A stretch of 64,000 bases of DNA from contig OZ004612.1 in the NCBI GenBank assembly GCA_963924565.1, positions 12,276,001 to 12,340,000 of the forward strand. The letters are read 5' to 3'. The notes under the pieces are model-generated. The model was given only the letters and a program-made list of their open reading frames with translations, was not told the origin of the DNA and ran no database searches. The translations under genes were made by a program, and so were the position numbers. The stretch comes from Ascidiella aspersa. Taxonomy: Eukaryota. Shown one piece after another: positions 35,009 to 48,195 of the stretch (positions are counted from its first letter, which is position 1; each line of letters opens with the position of its first letter).

Positions 35009-35810
35009 TCGCGTTGGCACACGGCTAAAAATACCACCGGCTGTTGGTGTTCGCACTGATCGCGTCTGGGCCGTGCGCGGGCGCTGGCGCGTGTCCGTGA
35101 CGTCATGGCTTCCGTTTTCTCATCACGCTTTGTGGGTGCTCGTTTGTGACGTCACGCGCCAATGTCGCGAGGCAGCTGGAGGCTGAAGAGAGTTAAGCAA
35201 GGAGAAGGACAACGCTAAGCCCACATGATTAAGGAGTTGTCTGATGGTTTGCCGGCTTGCTTGCAAGTTTACGGATATCGAGTTAAAAGACAATAAAAAG
35301 GGATATAAACTGCTGCTACCAGGTATAGTAATTTAAATCAAAAAACAGCATTTCTGGTAATTTTAATTCTTTACCGACGTTTCGGCAACCTATGCAAGTC
35401 ATCTTCGCCAGAGTGAATGACACCAAACGCTAGTACAACACATGGAAAACACACACATGTTTTTTGATTTCTATTGAAAAGGGATGTGTAGGGTAGGCTT
35501 TCTGATGAAATATATTGTCGAAGCAAATGTGTACAGTAGAGTTTCTTGGTCGCAGAAAACCTTCCAGACCTACAGTTTAAAAATTCTTTTTTTAAAGGTT
35601 GCAATTCTAAATAGAGGTAAGGACATGAAAAAATTTGCGTCTAAACCTTGTTTAAAAAGCACTGTTTTTAACTTATACGTTTCCAGCTTTCCAATAGGCC
35701 CAACAACGAAATCAGATCCGTTTTCCTGAAAAATAGGCATATATTGCAGAGAAGTCTTAAACAAAACGACCTTATCAGCGGTCCCCGAAATAAAAATCGT
35801 CAGTATAGAG

Positions 35811-35992
35811 TAGTGGTCCCAACCGGGGTGCCGCGGCACTCTATGGTGCCATTTTAACACTCAAGGGTGTCGAGAGATATTTTTCTTTTATTGTAAAGTT
35901 ACAGTTAATCACTCAGCAAAAATACGAGCAAGGGTGTCGCGAACTATTTCTAATTTCTGTAGGGTGCCGCAAGCCCAAAATGAGAAACGCTG
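35811..35992. mobile_element. hAT MITE (GGGTGCCG family)
   Basis: Degenerate TIRs; TSD gtatagag/gcatagag; internal segment shared with 54991-55306. Confidence 0.8.
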
Positions 35993-36771
35993 GCATAGAG
36001 GTTTCTTTTTGTAAACGCCGATTGATTGTCTGCGCACCATACATCTTTACACGTAAGTAGTAATAGACAGGCTGAAAGACGGCGGAGCGAGTCGAGGCTT
36101 CGATGCATCGCAGCAACGCGACTCCCATCCCGGGAAGGAAACTTAAAGCCTTCGATTAGAGCGCGTCGGACGAGCTCGTCGTTTATCACCCGCCAATAAA
36201 CACGCAGACAAACGGGACGGTCGAGCGCGTGGGGGTCGAAGGGGCTGCACCGCACCTGTGCACCCAGACGAGTTGTCGCGAAGCTGAAATTTTTTGGGTT
36301 ACAGCACATCGCAGCTTGAGGTAGATGCACCAGAATACAGGACCCAATTAATTGCCCTGCTAATAGCTTTTACTTATAACTTAATACCCCTTTCTTTATT
36401 TTCGATGCAATTTGTCTAAAGAAATTATTTCAGTCTATGCAAACATAGCTTTAGGAGTATTTTTCATTCAAGATCAATTGACTCGATAACGGTGTCTGCA
36501 TTGCTTATGACACAAAAACAGTTTGACAAGTCATCGCGGTGCATCTTTATGATTTAACGTTCATTCTTTAGCGAACATGCCAAACAGACAAAGGGAAAAC
36601 GATAACCGCGAGCACAAACAGGTTATCTTTCTTTCTTGTTCCAAAAAATAAAAATGTCAGCACAATGTTTTACCGTCTGTGGGTATTTAATAAAACTTGC
36701 ACATGAAACGCGAGGAAAACCACTGTCCCAAAAAGAGGATAAAACGCCAAATAGCGATTTCAGGTTTTAGG

Positions 36772-37147
36772 CAGGGCTGGGGAGCCGGAGCCGGAGCTGG
36801 AGCCCGGAGCCCGGAGCTAAGCATTTTCTCTGGAGCCGGAGCCGGAGCCGGAGCCATTGTTATTATTTTTGTGGAGCTGGAGCCGGAGCCGGAGCCATTT
36901 TTATTATTTTTGTGGAGCTGGAGCCGGAGCTGGAGCCCTTTTTATTATTTTTGTGTAGCTGGAGCCATTTTTCAATTTGGAGCCGGAGTCATTGGGTGTG
37001 TGTTTGATGGCTCCGGAGCTGGAGCCGGAGCCAAAGGATATGAGTTTTACTACTCCGGAGCTGGAGCCGGAGCCATTTAATAATTGCCTGATGGCTCCGG
37101 AGCTGGAGCCGGAGCTAATGCTATTTTACGGTGGCTCCCCAGCCCTG
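36772..37147. mobile_element. hAT-type MITE filled with GGAGCC/GGAGCT hexamer arrays
   Basis: Perfect 15-bp TIR CAGGGCTGGGGAGCC; perfect TSD gttttagg. Confidence 0.93.
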
Positions 37148-37558
37148 GTTTTAGGATTTAGGTACATAACATTTTGCTCGTTATTTTCCATACATTGTAA
37201 TTCTGCACATCACCCAATCGTTTCGGCAGGTATTTCAAAGTACAAACAGTAGGTGTCTAATATAACCACAATACAGCAAGGACGGCAACAAACGGTGTGC
37301 ATATACCACCTACGCGGGCGTGGGCGACAGGTGTTGGAGAGAAAAGTCCGGATGCGTTGCGGAATTGGAGGGCCGTGGGCGAAACATGGGGCTGATAGGT
37401 TTTTGGCGCAACAGAAAAAAAGCCGAGCAACCAGGAAGGGTGAGTGGTGACAAACCTGCTAGTCACGAAACGCCGGCCAACGCAGGTTAAATGCGCTAGC
37501 CAGCAGTTGTGGGTAAATAATTTCGGATAAGTTCGGATATTTTCTTGTTTTTTTGAAC

Positions 37559-37764
37559 TCATGGCTTAGCAAAAGAGAAAGAAGCTTCGGTAGGCAGTAT
37601 TAAATCATTTAAAATGATACCACATTTGTCAGTAAATTCGTGGATAAATTATTGTCCGATATCTACTTTTGCATTTTCTGAACCCATCGCTCATGGTTTA
37701 ACAAATAAGAAAGCGGCTTCGGTATAGGCACTATTAATTTATTTAAAATGATACACATTTGTCA
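37559..37764. repeat. Local direct duplication (~70 bp, period ~132)
   Basis: GCTTCGGTA..GGCA.TATTAA...ATTTAAAATGATAC.ACATTTGTCA occurs twice. Confidence 0.7.
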
Positions 37765-40700
37765 TTCAATTGAAAAGATCCAAATTTTCTTCAGGTTTAA
37801 TATTTTTTATCACATTTGCATCCTTAACTTTTTTCGGGTATTTTTTCGCAAAATTTTTGCACCGAATTAATTTCATCCGCCACTAAGACAATAAACTTTT
37901 TGGAAAGTTGTTTTAAGCATCCAATCGATTAAACGGCACCGGGACTTTTTGGCGTAAAGCCTAGATAAGCCGTTACTAGGAATGGAAGTCGCCTCTTAAT
38001 CGAACAGTCGTGACCACAGCGAATTGTAAATAACGGCGTTTTAAGGGTCCGCAAAGTTGTTTGGGGCGTTTGCACGCCAACCCACTTACTTCTGCGTCAC
38101 CAGACCATTCCATAAACCAACGGGGCTTTTGGGGGTGGAAATAGTTTTTCGCGAACAAAGATTTGGTCAGCGTAAGGTTTTTTTCACTTCAGTCGTAGGA
38201 TTTTCTTCAGTCCGATTTTAGGCTAATATTTTGCATGCGATTTTGGGTGGTGATGTTATTTGCGTGTGGTTAGTCAGAGTGGGCGCTTAAACAACTCACA
38301 TCTCGTAACGATAACACATCCGCTGCCGTGTAAAATTTTATATTTGCGTGGTATGCATTATGCTGTGCAAAACATACAGTGTTAGGCGGTACAGACCGCC
38401 AACTAAACAGTCGTTTATGCTGTGACACCTAAAATAACCCGTTTTTTGTTATTCGCCTCGACAAATGTGCACCTGGAAGAATTACACATAATTGCAGGGC
38501 GGGGGCCTTCAATGCAAAATTAATGCTCACGGATATCTATTCGATGTAGCATGCAGCTAATGGGCAATCGCGAGGCTCCGTGCGTGCAAATCGGATTAAC
38601 CCGTTGTTCAAACCAACACGTCGGGGTGGAAATGGCGATTACTACCGGCCACAAAAGGCATTTTGGTCATTTCTTTCTCTCGTACTCTTCTTGACATTAG
38701 AGCTGTCGCGAACCAAACACCGATAGCCTTTAACAAGGTTGTCGACCGCCCAAGTGGCTGTGTAGGGCAGCAGAGCGCGCGCATTTCTGTAGCGTCACAA
38801 TAGGCCTCTGATTGTGACGTATTGACAAACAAACAAACGAGCAAGCGCGGCCTCTTCTCTCTTGATTCGCCTCCCAAAACCAGCTGACCGAACGCAACGC
38901 TTGTTCGCGGCTTGTAACAGCTTGTAGTACGCTGCATTCCTGACCTGAGTATTTTTGTAGTTTACAAGGCCGCTACATCAACCTAACCACCATATCTCTA
39001 TATTTAACGTGCCCGTTGCGGTGCAAAAAATAAATAAATGGGGTACGAAGAAATGGGAAGGTTGCTTCAAATAGGGTATAAAAACTTGGTACTAGATTTA
39101 AAAAGATACAAGACTGTGTTTCAAAAAGAAAGCCTAGCGCTTTCACAGTGGCTGGTCAGCCAGCCAGCGGCTTTCACAGCCGCCTGTTTGTGGATAAAGT
39201 TTTGAAATTTCTCAGTGAACACTTGCTTGAGCTGTACTCATGAAAACTACGCCGTTGGACTTGGTAATGCATTTAAATTATGCAACATTAGGTAGAGGCG
39301 AAAATGATCACACGAACAACAAAAACACGCATCGTAACAGCTAGTTCGCATTTACAAAACACTTACCTGGTATTTCTCAGAAAACATGACAAGATAAGGC
39401 GACACATAATAACGAATTTGTATCGCAATTTAGCGTTTCTATTGCTTTCATTTAATAAACACTAGGAGTGTTAGTTTTGAAAAGCAACAAGTTGTACTTT
39501 TATTAGACACTTAACTCAGAAGATAATGGTGCCTAACGAATACGGCGACACTATTCGAATATGTTTAGGCATTTTGACATAGATAAACATATAAACAAAT
39601 TATGGATCTTTATTCACCTTTTTTAATGAAACTCTACAGATGATATCGATTGGTTGATTGATGATACAACATTAGCAACGGAATTAGGTGGGGCCAAGTA
39701 GGTCCTTATTGGGCGACGAAATTGTACGCGGCAACGTCACTTTCACACGTTTTCGGCGCGAGATGCGATTTTTATCAACAAACAGGTCAACGATAACGGG
39801 ACTTATCAAACTTAAGCGTGTCATATTCTGTGCTGCCTAAGTATGATTGACAGGTTTCGTGATTCAATTCGATCTGTGTATTCGGGTTAGTAGGCTTGGT
39901 GTAGTCTAAAAAGCAGCGTGAAAAATAAAACATTTTTAAAAAATGCCGCACAATTTGTTCAGTCAACATGACCCCTTTGAAAGCGCATACATATACTCTT
40001 TTAATCATGCTGTTGTTTAGTGTCCAAAATTATGTAACTATTTTACATTATTAGTTGCTACTTACATTTTGAAAATTGTCCTTTGAATTTGTATTGATTA
40101 AAAAAAAGATGGATCAAAGATGGGTAAGCACGAAACTTAGTGTTTATTGAGTTGTTTTTTTAGCAAAAAGGGGTTACCACAGGCAGTTTTCAGTTAAGGT
40201 TTGGGCTTGGCTTTGGTTGCCCCTATGAAATTTCGAGAGATCGCTTTTATATACGTGTCTGTAAAACAGCCATTATTGACAGCTATATTATAAGATACGG
40301 TTGGAGAAATTTACAAGAACGTTACGGTCCTATAAAGCACATTAAAAATACATTGACCACATGTAATGCCGCGCAGAACAGGTTAAAACCACAACGCCTA
40401 CCTCTTGATTTGCTCCGATCTAACGTCGCCTAAAACGCTTCCTGTTAATGGTCTGATATTTTAAACGTTATTAAGCCACCCCAACGACAGAAACATGACA
40501 ATGCGCTAATCCTAAACACACGAGTTGAACCAAAATTTACCACAGCGTATGTTTAAACACGAGACAAACATAGTCATAATCAAACCTGAGCGTGGGAAAG
40601 TCAAGTTATCCGTCAATCTACGTATAAGTTCGGAGTCTTAGATAAACCGCACTCGCAGTGATGCCAGACTGTACTCTTGAGCAGATAACACCAGCTAAAA

Positions 40701-43700
40701 CCTTTCAGTGTTGGAACGTTGATGTTGCATGAAAAAACATAATATAGTACAACAGATTTTCGTACGAATTTGACCAAAATACACATTCAGCTGGACATAA
40801 TATTTCTTCACACCACTTCGTGTGCTTTAGTAATAAGATAACCCAACTGAATTAGTAACCAGACGTGCAATGATTTGGAACCTTTAAACAAGAGATATTG
40901 CGACCTTAAAATAAAGATATTCTGACATTTCATTGCACAGGAGGCTGGAGCCTTTTATAGCGGGAGGAGTAGGCAAAAATTGCAGCGAGTTGTTTTCACC
41001 CATAGAGAATAACCGTATAATATTTGTATAATATTTAAGATATATATGAAGTTTTGTGGTTGGTTTTGTAAAATAGGTAAGTACCAGGTGTATAACAATA
41101 ACGATGGTATATGAACTGGATGAACCAGCATTTTCAGAACTGGAAAATACACAAACCAAGAACAAGTGGTCTGTCCTTAAACTGACGTTTGTCTAAAAAA
41201 CAACGACAACAACATTTTGACTTAGGTAAATTCCAACATCAGCAACGACACACAATGGCGAATCGAGTGTCGTGCCCTGGAACGGTCATGACGCACAACA
41301 AACGCTGACAGTCGCAGCCTCAATGGCATGTATGCATATTTTGAACGGTTAGCTAGACAATAAATTCTACATATCGATGCAATGGCGATTCACCTGTACG
41401 CCGGTTTTAGCGCTGCGTTACTGAAACATACAGCTGTGCGCAATACTAAACAACATAGCCTATCTGTGCTAATCTTAATTTTTAAACAGGTTCCTAAACC
41501 GACAACTACAATAAAGATTGTTCATGTGTAACGATGAAATTTTTATTCAAACCGATGATCATTGCTGTATCACCAATATACTTATAGTAACTTAATAAAT
41601 AGTTTTTTTTTTTCAATATGCTTCTCAAATAGGTTTGGCTTAAAGTTAATAGACTGATTTTCGGTCGACACGTACTAAATCTGTTGCATAATTTGGCTCC
41701 GTCTTTCTCTTCCTACAACTTCCTACACGCCAGCCTACACGTCTCTGGTACAGAGTGGCCAAAATGTACCGAACACTTGCTCGGTAACACGCGTGAGCCA
41801 AAAATATAGCCACATCACATGTTGCGAGACAAATCAAAAATAGACGCTGCATAGGAGAGCCAAACATTCGGGCGTCTAACAAGAGATGACGCAAGCAGAC
41901 AATGCATATTGCGACATGAAAAAAATGCCACCATTTCAACCTGGTGTAAAGGCGAAAATAGAAAGGTATTTGAGACAATGTATAGCGTTTTGAGAATATA
42001 AAAACTTAATCGGCGTGTTGAAATTGGAAATAGGGAGTCCGCAAAAGAACGATGGTCGTCTTACAAAATCTACCCTCAATTCGAAAAACATTAATTAAAT
42101 GAGTCGACCCTTTCTATTATAGTAGTTGACCCGTTCTATCATACATTTTTGGTGAGGTTTGTTTTGTAAAGTAGTATTTTCTACTTTTTAAATAATTTAT
42201 AGAGGCCGTGGCTCCATAAACAAAGTAAACCGTGTCCACCATGTGAACAATTTAAAAAAGCTTGACGACAGTTTTAAGGTGATATTTTCGGGTGAGCTTT
42301 TACCCCATAAACGCTCGAAAACGAAACAACACTGCGACCAAGCAACACTGTGCACGTTCCTCGGCATTCACTGTAAGCGCAGGACAAGCTGCCAAATAGC
42401 AGTCCACCAATCCGCGCATTATTAATGAGGTGACGGTAGCGGTGTGTCGCAATACCGTTTGTCCGTAACCTATCTGCGTCTAGCACATACCTGCGTCCAG
42501 CATGAGCAAGTAAAAGCACCAGCGAGCCGTTAACATGTTGGGGGATACCAATTTTTTTTTTAAATAAAGCCATAGACATAAAGCGGGGTATCTAGATAGG
42601 ATTTAACACAAAAGGCAAAACACGAAAGCCGCAGAATCCAACTTCCTTAAAATATATAGTTCTCGTGTGCGACAGTACCCCACAGTGGATATTTTTGCGA
42701 GCTTTACTTTTAAGCGCCCTTCGGCATTGCCAACATTGCGATCAGCATAAGCGACAACCCCGAAATTCCGGGCATTCGTATTTCGAGGCTGGTCGCAACA
42801 ACCACAATCGTTCGTGGTGCGCATCTCGAGTGCTGCCTTCACGGCACGGGGCCCCTGAAAGGTCAAATATGAAATTTAGCGCTTTTAGTGCTAGAGCGCA
42901 CGAACTGCGCTGTGGCGCTCGTAAAACGCCCTGAGATGCAGAAATTGCCCTGGCGTTTTTTTTCGACAGAGACAAGCGTTAACCGACCAACACCGGAGAG
43001 GCAGGCTTAGTATTTCCGTGCAACTAATGATGAGACATTACAATAAAACGGAAGTTTATTTAACAATAAACAAGCAATCAATCTAAGCAGAGTTCAAAAC
43101 ACAGTGTAAGGCATTAGTAAGGCATCAAACCTGTTGAATTTTTGAACACAACATACGGCATAATGCGTTTCATCACAGCGAATCTTTCTCAAATAACACA
43201 CGACACCTAAATAACGCTCTAAACATGCCCAAACAGAGGGACACCGCTTGTTTAGGCAAGATAACTGCCGTAACGAACAAGTGCAGCGAGCTACCGATGT
43301 TCTGTTTGCAGACAACAGGCGTATGAGGAAAGACGGCAGACGTCATACCAGACATAATCTAATTTGCAAACCAGAAGCTTTTGCATTGTCTGACAAGGTT
43401 CATCTTTCTCTCACAAGTCTTGATAAAGCGTTTGTCTCGATCGTGTGTAGAGGCTCAAATGACCACGGCAAAAAACACACACAATGAAAAAAGTAAAAAT
43501 CGCCATCCCTGATGTATATTTAAAAAACGCTGAGCTTTCCAGTCTTTCTAGATTAATCATGTAGGTAACATACCAAGCAACAAACAACACCATACAAAAA
43601 CAATGTACCATTTATACGCCAGGCCAAATTAGGAGAACCAACACTCCACTGACAATCCAACATGACAAACGTTCCACACGTCATCAGTTCGAAACGGCAG

Positions 43701-45797
43701 ATATAACGGACTACAGGTGCCTCAGTCCAATCGATGTTTTATTAGCAAAAGTACAAGTCGAGGTCTAGTTTTGCCCAATCCCGGTGTTTCAACGTTACAT
43801 TTGATTCGTTTGCCAGAAGTTGTTGCACAAACTGTAGCGAAAAGTAATCGAGCAAAATTACTGTAGAAACAGGGTAGAACGGTGGAGCTGGCTTGGCATA
43901 TTGACGCACACTGTCAATCACGCGTTCAACTCCAACGCTAATGGGTCACGGGACGCGCCAAACGAATAGCGTCGAGAACCTGCCACACACCACGTATGCA
44001 GTTGCGCACAACCAAACCGATGCAATGGGCTCCGCGCGTAATCTGTCGTGTCAACATAACTGCAATTACTCCTGAAAGAACCTTGCGACATTTATAAGTA
44101 TTGCGTTGCGACGGGGGCGCTGAAATACGGAGGTCATACGTCGCACTGCTCCGCATCATAATGCGAATAACTCCACTGCGGGCAATCGCCTGTTACAAAG
44201 GTAAGAACTCGTTTGGCGCTGTAGTAATCACAAGGCGTTGTGTAGGCTGGCTGCACTAAAGATCATTGTACTCCCTGCCGGAACAAGGTTGACGAAAGCA
44301 CTCGGGACTTTTTCGAGGCACAGGAATCAACTAGACGTCCCCTGCCTGACGTAATGACTGTTGAAAAGCTTAATACTGCAGATCTCGCAGTGCAGGTTAA
44401 CTGGCAAGTACAACGAAAGCACAGAGCTAACGGTCGACCGACATGCAAAATATACACAATAACATATTAGACAAAACACTGTATAACGGCAATAGGGAGC
44501 TACGTCGAAGTTGGCTCCTGCCGCGGCTCGTCACGTCCGGCCTAATAATGCATATTGCCCTGACGTCAGCCATAAGAAAACAAGCGTTTCAGCGTTAGGC
44601 AGGCCGGGCGCTCCCGCGAGAGCAGCCGACAAACGATAGGACGGATAGGAGGGAGCAATGCTGGCTTTTTCTGACGGTGTGTGAATCAGCCTTTGGTGAC
44701 AACTCTTCTGTTGCGTAGGAGGCTTTTTGTCACCGATTGTGCGTGCCCACGGTACAGGCCCTGGCGGTGCGCGTTCCACATTAGACACGGGTGTTTTGTA
44801 CCCGGAACAGACGGCTTCGTGTGTTATCACAGGTCGATTGGGCCTGCTTTTCATTACGTGTCTCTTGTGCAGACCCGAAACGCGCGTTTAACAGGTTCGA
44901 ATGGCGGCTTTTGTGATCTTTAAAATAAGTGGCTTTACCTCTGGCAGGATGCAAACGTTTTTGAATTTAGCCCTGGTGTAGGATGGAAACCGTGTCGTCC
45001 AAACACTATGCATGGGGTCATGCTAAAAACGGACGGTTTTCGATGCGAGTCTGTCAATGTAAACACATTATTGTATTCTAATTAACTCATACTTACAAGG
45101 TTATACCTGATGAAACTCTATATAAACACTGTCCAGGCTTACATTTTTCCAGGGACGTGTTCTTAACAATTTACAACACACAACAAGTATCTCAGTGGTA
45201 GTGTATCATCTAGACAAGTGGTACTTTATTAAAATCCACAAGAAAGCTGCATTGGCCCTGACTTGATATTACCAATCCACTTGCCTCCATATGTATTAAT
45301 TCACACCAAAGAGGAAACCAAACAAAAAAACAACAAAACAAATTCAATTGTACGTTCGACTATTTAACAAAATTATATTTTAAAACTAATTAATTGTTCA
45401 CTTGCATGACACTAACTTAAAATAATAAAATAAAACAATCATTAAACCTAGATATAATATCACTTTATTATACAATGAAAAGTGAGCATCAAAATAGATA
45501 ACTTAGTTTGAGAATATAAATATAACTTTTATCTAGCAAATTTGTTGATAGGCAAACGCAGACTGACTCATTATTTACTTTTTGTTACTAAGTGTTGAAT
45601 TAGTAGACATCTAAATTTATTTGTCCCAAGATTAAATGACAATGGATATTACAATAAATATTGCATTTATATCAATATAGAAAATATTTAGTTGAAACAG
45701 AGTTTATTAAATTGTTTTGTCATATGTAGTACATTGCATGAGAGTATAAAAACGAACAATCCAGTCTAAAAAGCATCAATGTTCTACCCAAGATATT

Positions 45798-46810
45798 TCA
45801 TGGGACTCTTTTCAGATTTTGTCTATTGAGAAAGTTTATGGGTTCACTATCCATACTTTCCACAGCAGCCTACATCTTTAAACTAAAACTTAAGTCAGCC
45901 GTGGACATTTTTTGTAATATCTTAGTCACAAAGTTTACTTCAAATATCATTTGACACTATAGCTTACATAAACCAATTGCAATACTGCACATGTCAATGC
46001 ACGGAACAGCTTTTTTAAAGGCTGTTTGCGAAGTATATACATATAATCCATAATTGGACAGCTTGGAACAGCTGGTAAGTCTACGGTATATATGAAATAA
46101 AAATAGAAAAGTTAAACAAGAATTACTCCTGAGAATAATGTAGGTATACTATTCCCATTCTGTACTTAGCCCAGATCGGATAACATTCCACCATAGTTCC
46201 GGACTAAAAAAGAAATTATTAAGGAGGGAATTGTTTTATTTTTTGTGAAAGTATACATACTTTGCACAGCAAAGGATAAACCTGGCCTCTTGAATAATTT
46301 TAGATGGCAAAAAATTGATTTCAAGAATAAAACCAGCTACACTGATCCTCACCATGACCAAATTCATCACAGTAAAATATGTGGTCACAAATCAAATGTT
46401 CTATCAAACGTGGTAGTTTCAACCAAAACGACAATGATCCTAAATAATAGCTCAATGTTTTATAAACAAAAAAATCTCAATAACAGCTATAGTCATACCT
46501 TTGACCATAAAATGGTCCTCAAAATTTTCCATCCACTATTAATTCTGTTTTTTTTTTTCATTTTTATATACTATTTATAATGTGTGTAAGTAATAAAATA
46601 CTTATGTATAATGATTTAAAGTTATGTAGCATAACAATTTCAATTTCAGCATTGTATTGTTTAGAGCTGGCAAACAAACGACACTGTTTGAATTAAATAA
46701 CACAATTCGTAAAAAATTTAACATACAGTAGCGTCTAAAAACTGAAACCTTCCAGCAGAATTCAACAAAAGGTGTAAGTTTACAACACGGCCTACGACAG
46801 GAATGCAACA
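45798..46810 (-). other. Candidate compact multi-exon transcript divergent from POLR2I (lncRNA or small unknown protein)
   Basis: Six consecutive GT-AG introns of 60, 66, 59, 57, 85 (or 69) and 98 nt in a CpG-poor block; no recognisable protein. Confidence 0.45.
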
Positions 46811-47187
46811 AAAGACCAGACTACGAGGCTACTAAAATTGAAACCGGAATTTAAGTCAATCGCCTAAATTGGACTAGTCGAAACCGAAGGTGTGAACAGT
46901 GAAACTTAAAAAAAACGCAAGGATTTATAATTTGAATAAATAAAACTGTAAAATGTTTAAATTTGTAATTTATCATTTATCGACTTGTTTTTCTCAATCC
47001 TATATTTTGTAGTGAAACTAAATATTAATTTTAGGTTTATAATTTGCTCTCATCCAACATAAAATTTTTTCAGGGTATTTCCCCATTTTTACAATTTGTT
47101 ACAAAAACGTTTCTCTGTTCAGCATTTTGTAGTTCAGTTCTCTTGTGATTTCTTAAATTTTCTGCGCGTACCCTTTGGTTTTACACA
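46810..47187. promoter_or_regulatory. POLR2I promoter / 5' leader, probably bidirectional
   Basis: Short interval between the POLR2I ATG and the candidate minus-strand transcript; positional inference only. Confidence 0.4.
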
Positions 47188-48195
47188 ATGGATATTGCAG
47201 CTGCTACTGGTGGTCCAGGGTTTGTAGGCATCAAGTTTTGTCAGGAATGGTGAGACTTAAAATCAACTTTATTCAACTGTATGATGTACTGCGTACAATA
47301 ATGTCAATTTGTTTGTTTGTTTTAACTTAATATCTCTTGTTTACAGTAACAACATGCTCTATCCAAAGGAGGACAAGCAAAATAAAATACTTCTGTACTC
47401 AGTAAGACATGCCTATTTAACTGTTATATTTAAAGATGAGTAATTTTTTCCTAAATACCTGTTTTTTTCTGTGAACAAATTTATTATCCAACCTGCCTTT
47501 TGAAGCAGGTGAATTGTGCTATATAAAACTAAACAGCACACGGCAAAATTTGTTTCTGCACACCCAAGATCTTGGCATGAAGTGCCATAAAATGCAAACT
47601 AGCTAATTATGATGTCAAATCGAAAAGTTTTATTCTGTGTTTAGTGCAGAAACTGCGACTACCAAATGGAAGCGGATAACATGTGCATATATGTCAACAA
47701 AATTGTACATGAAATCGATGAGCTGACACAAATCATTGCAGATGTTGCCCAAGATCCAACACTACCAAGGACAAAAGATCACTCATGTCCAATGTACAGA
47801 TTTATTACTTTTCTGTATAATTCAATAACATTATTAACAATATCACTTAAAATAAAAAATTTTAAAGCATTCTCATGCCATCTTTAAAAGTTTTATATAA
47901 GGAATAATATGTTAAGGATTAGCTTTTCACAGGGATGGTTAAAAATGCTTGACTTATCCTACAACAATTTGTGATATTAGGCATATATTACAACTCTAAT
48001 GTTTATCTTTGGTATACAAATAGACTGTTTGGCTGTAGTGTTACTTATAATTGATTTTTTGTTTTCTTGTTAAACAGGTGTCATCACAAAGAGGCAGTTT
48101 TCTTTCAATCGCAATCCACCAAGGCTGATGAAGGTATGCGACTTTATTTTGTGTGCACCAATCCTCAATGCGGTCATCGATGGACTCAGTTGTGA
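47188..48195 (+). CDS. POLR2I: RNA polymerase II subunit RPB9, complete; exons 47188-47249, 47347-47401, 47645-47793, 48078-48195
   Basis: Translates to [127 protein letters not shown]; both zinc ribbons intact; GT-AG introns. Confidence 0.97.

Noticed and set aside
36697-37252. ORFs with GAGAGA / EPEPE repeats
   Set aside because: Translation artefacts of the GGAGCC hexamer arrays inside a MITE with TIRs and TSD.
47188-48195. POLR2I nested inside the Tectonic gene
   Set aside because: TCTN terminates at 48760, before POLR2I; the genes are convergent, not nested.
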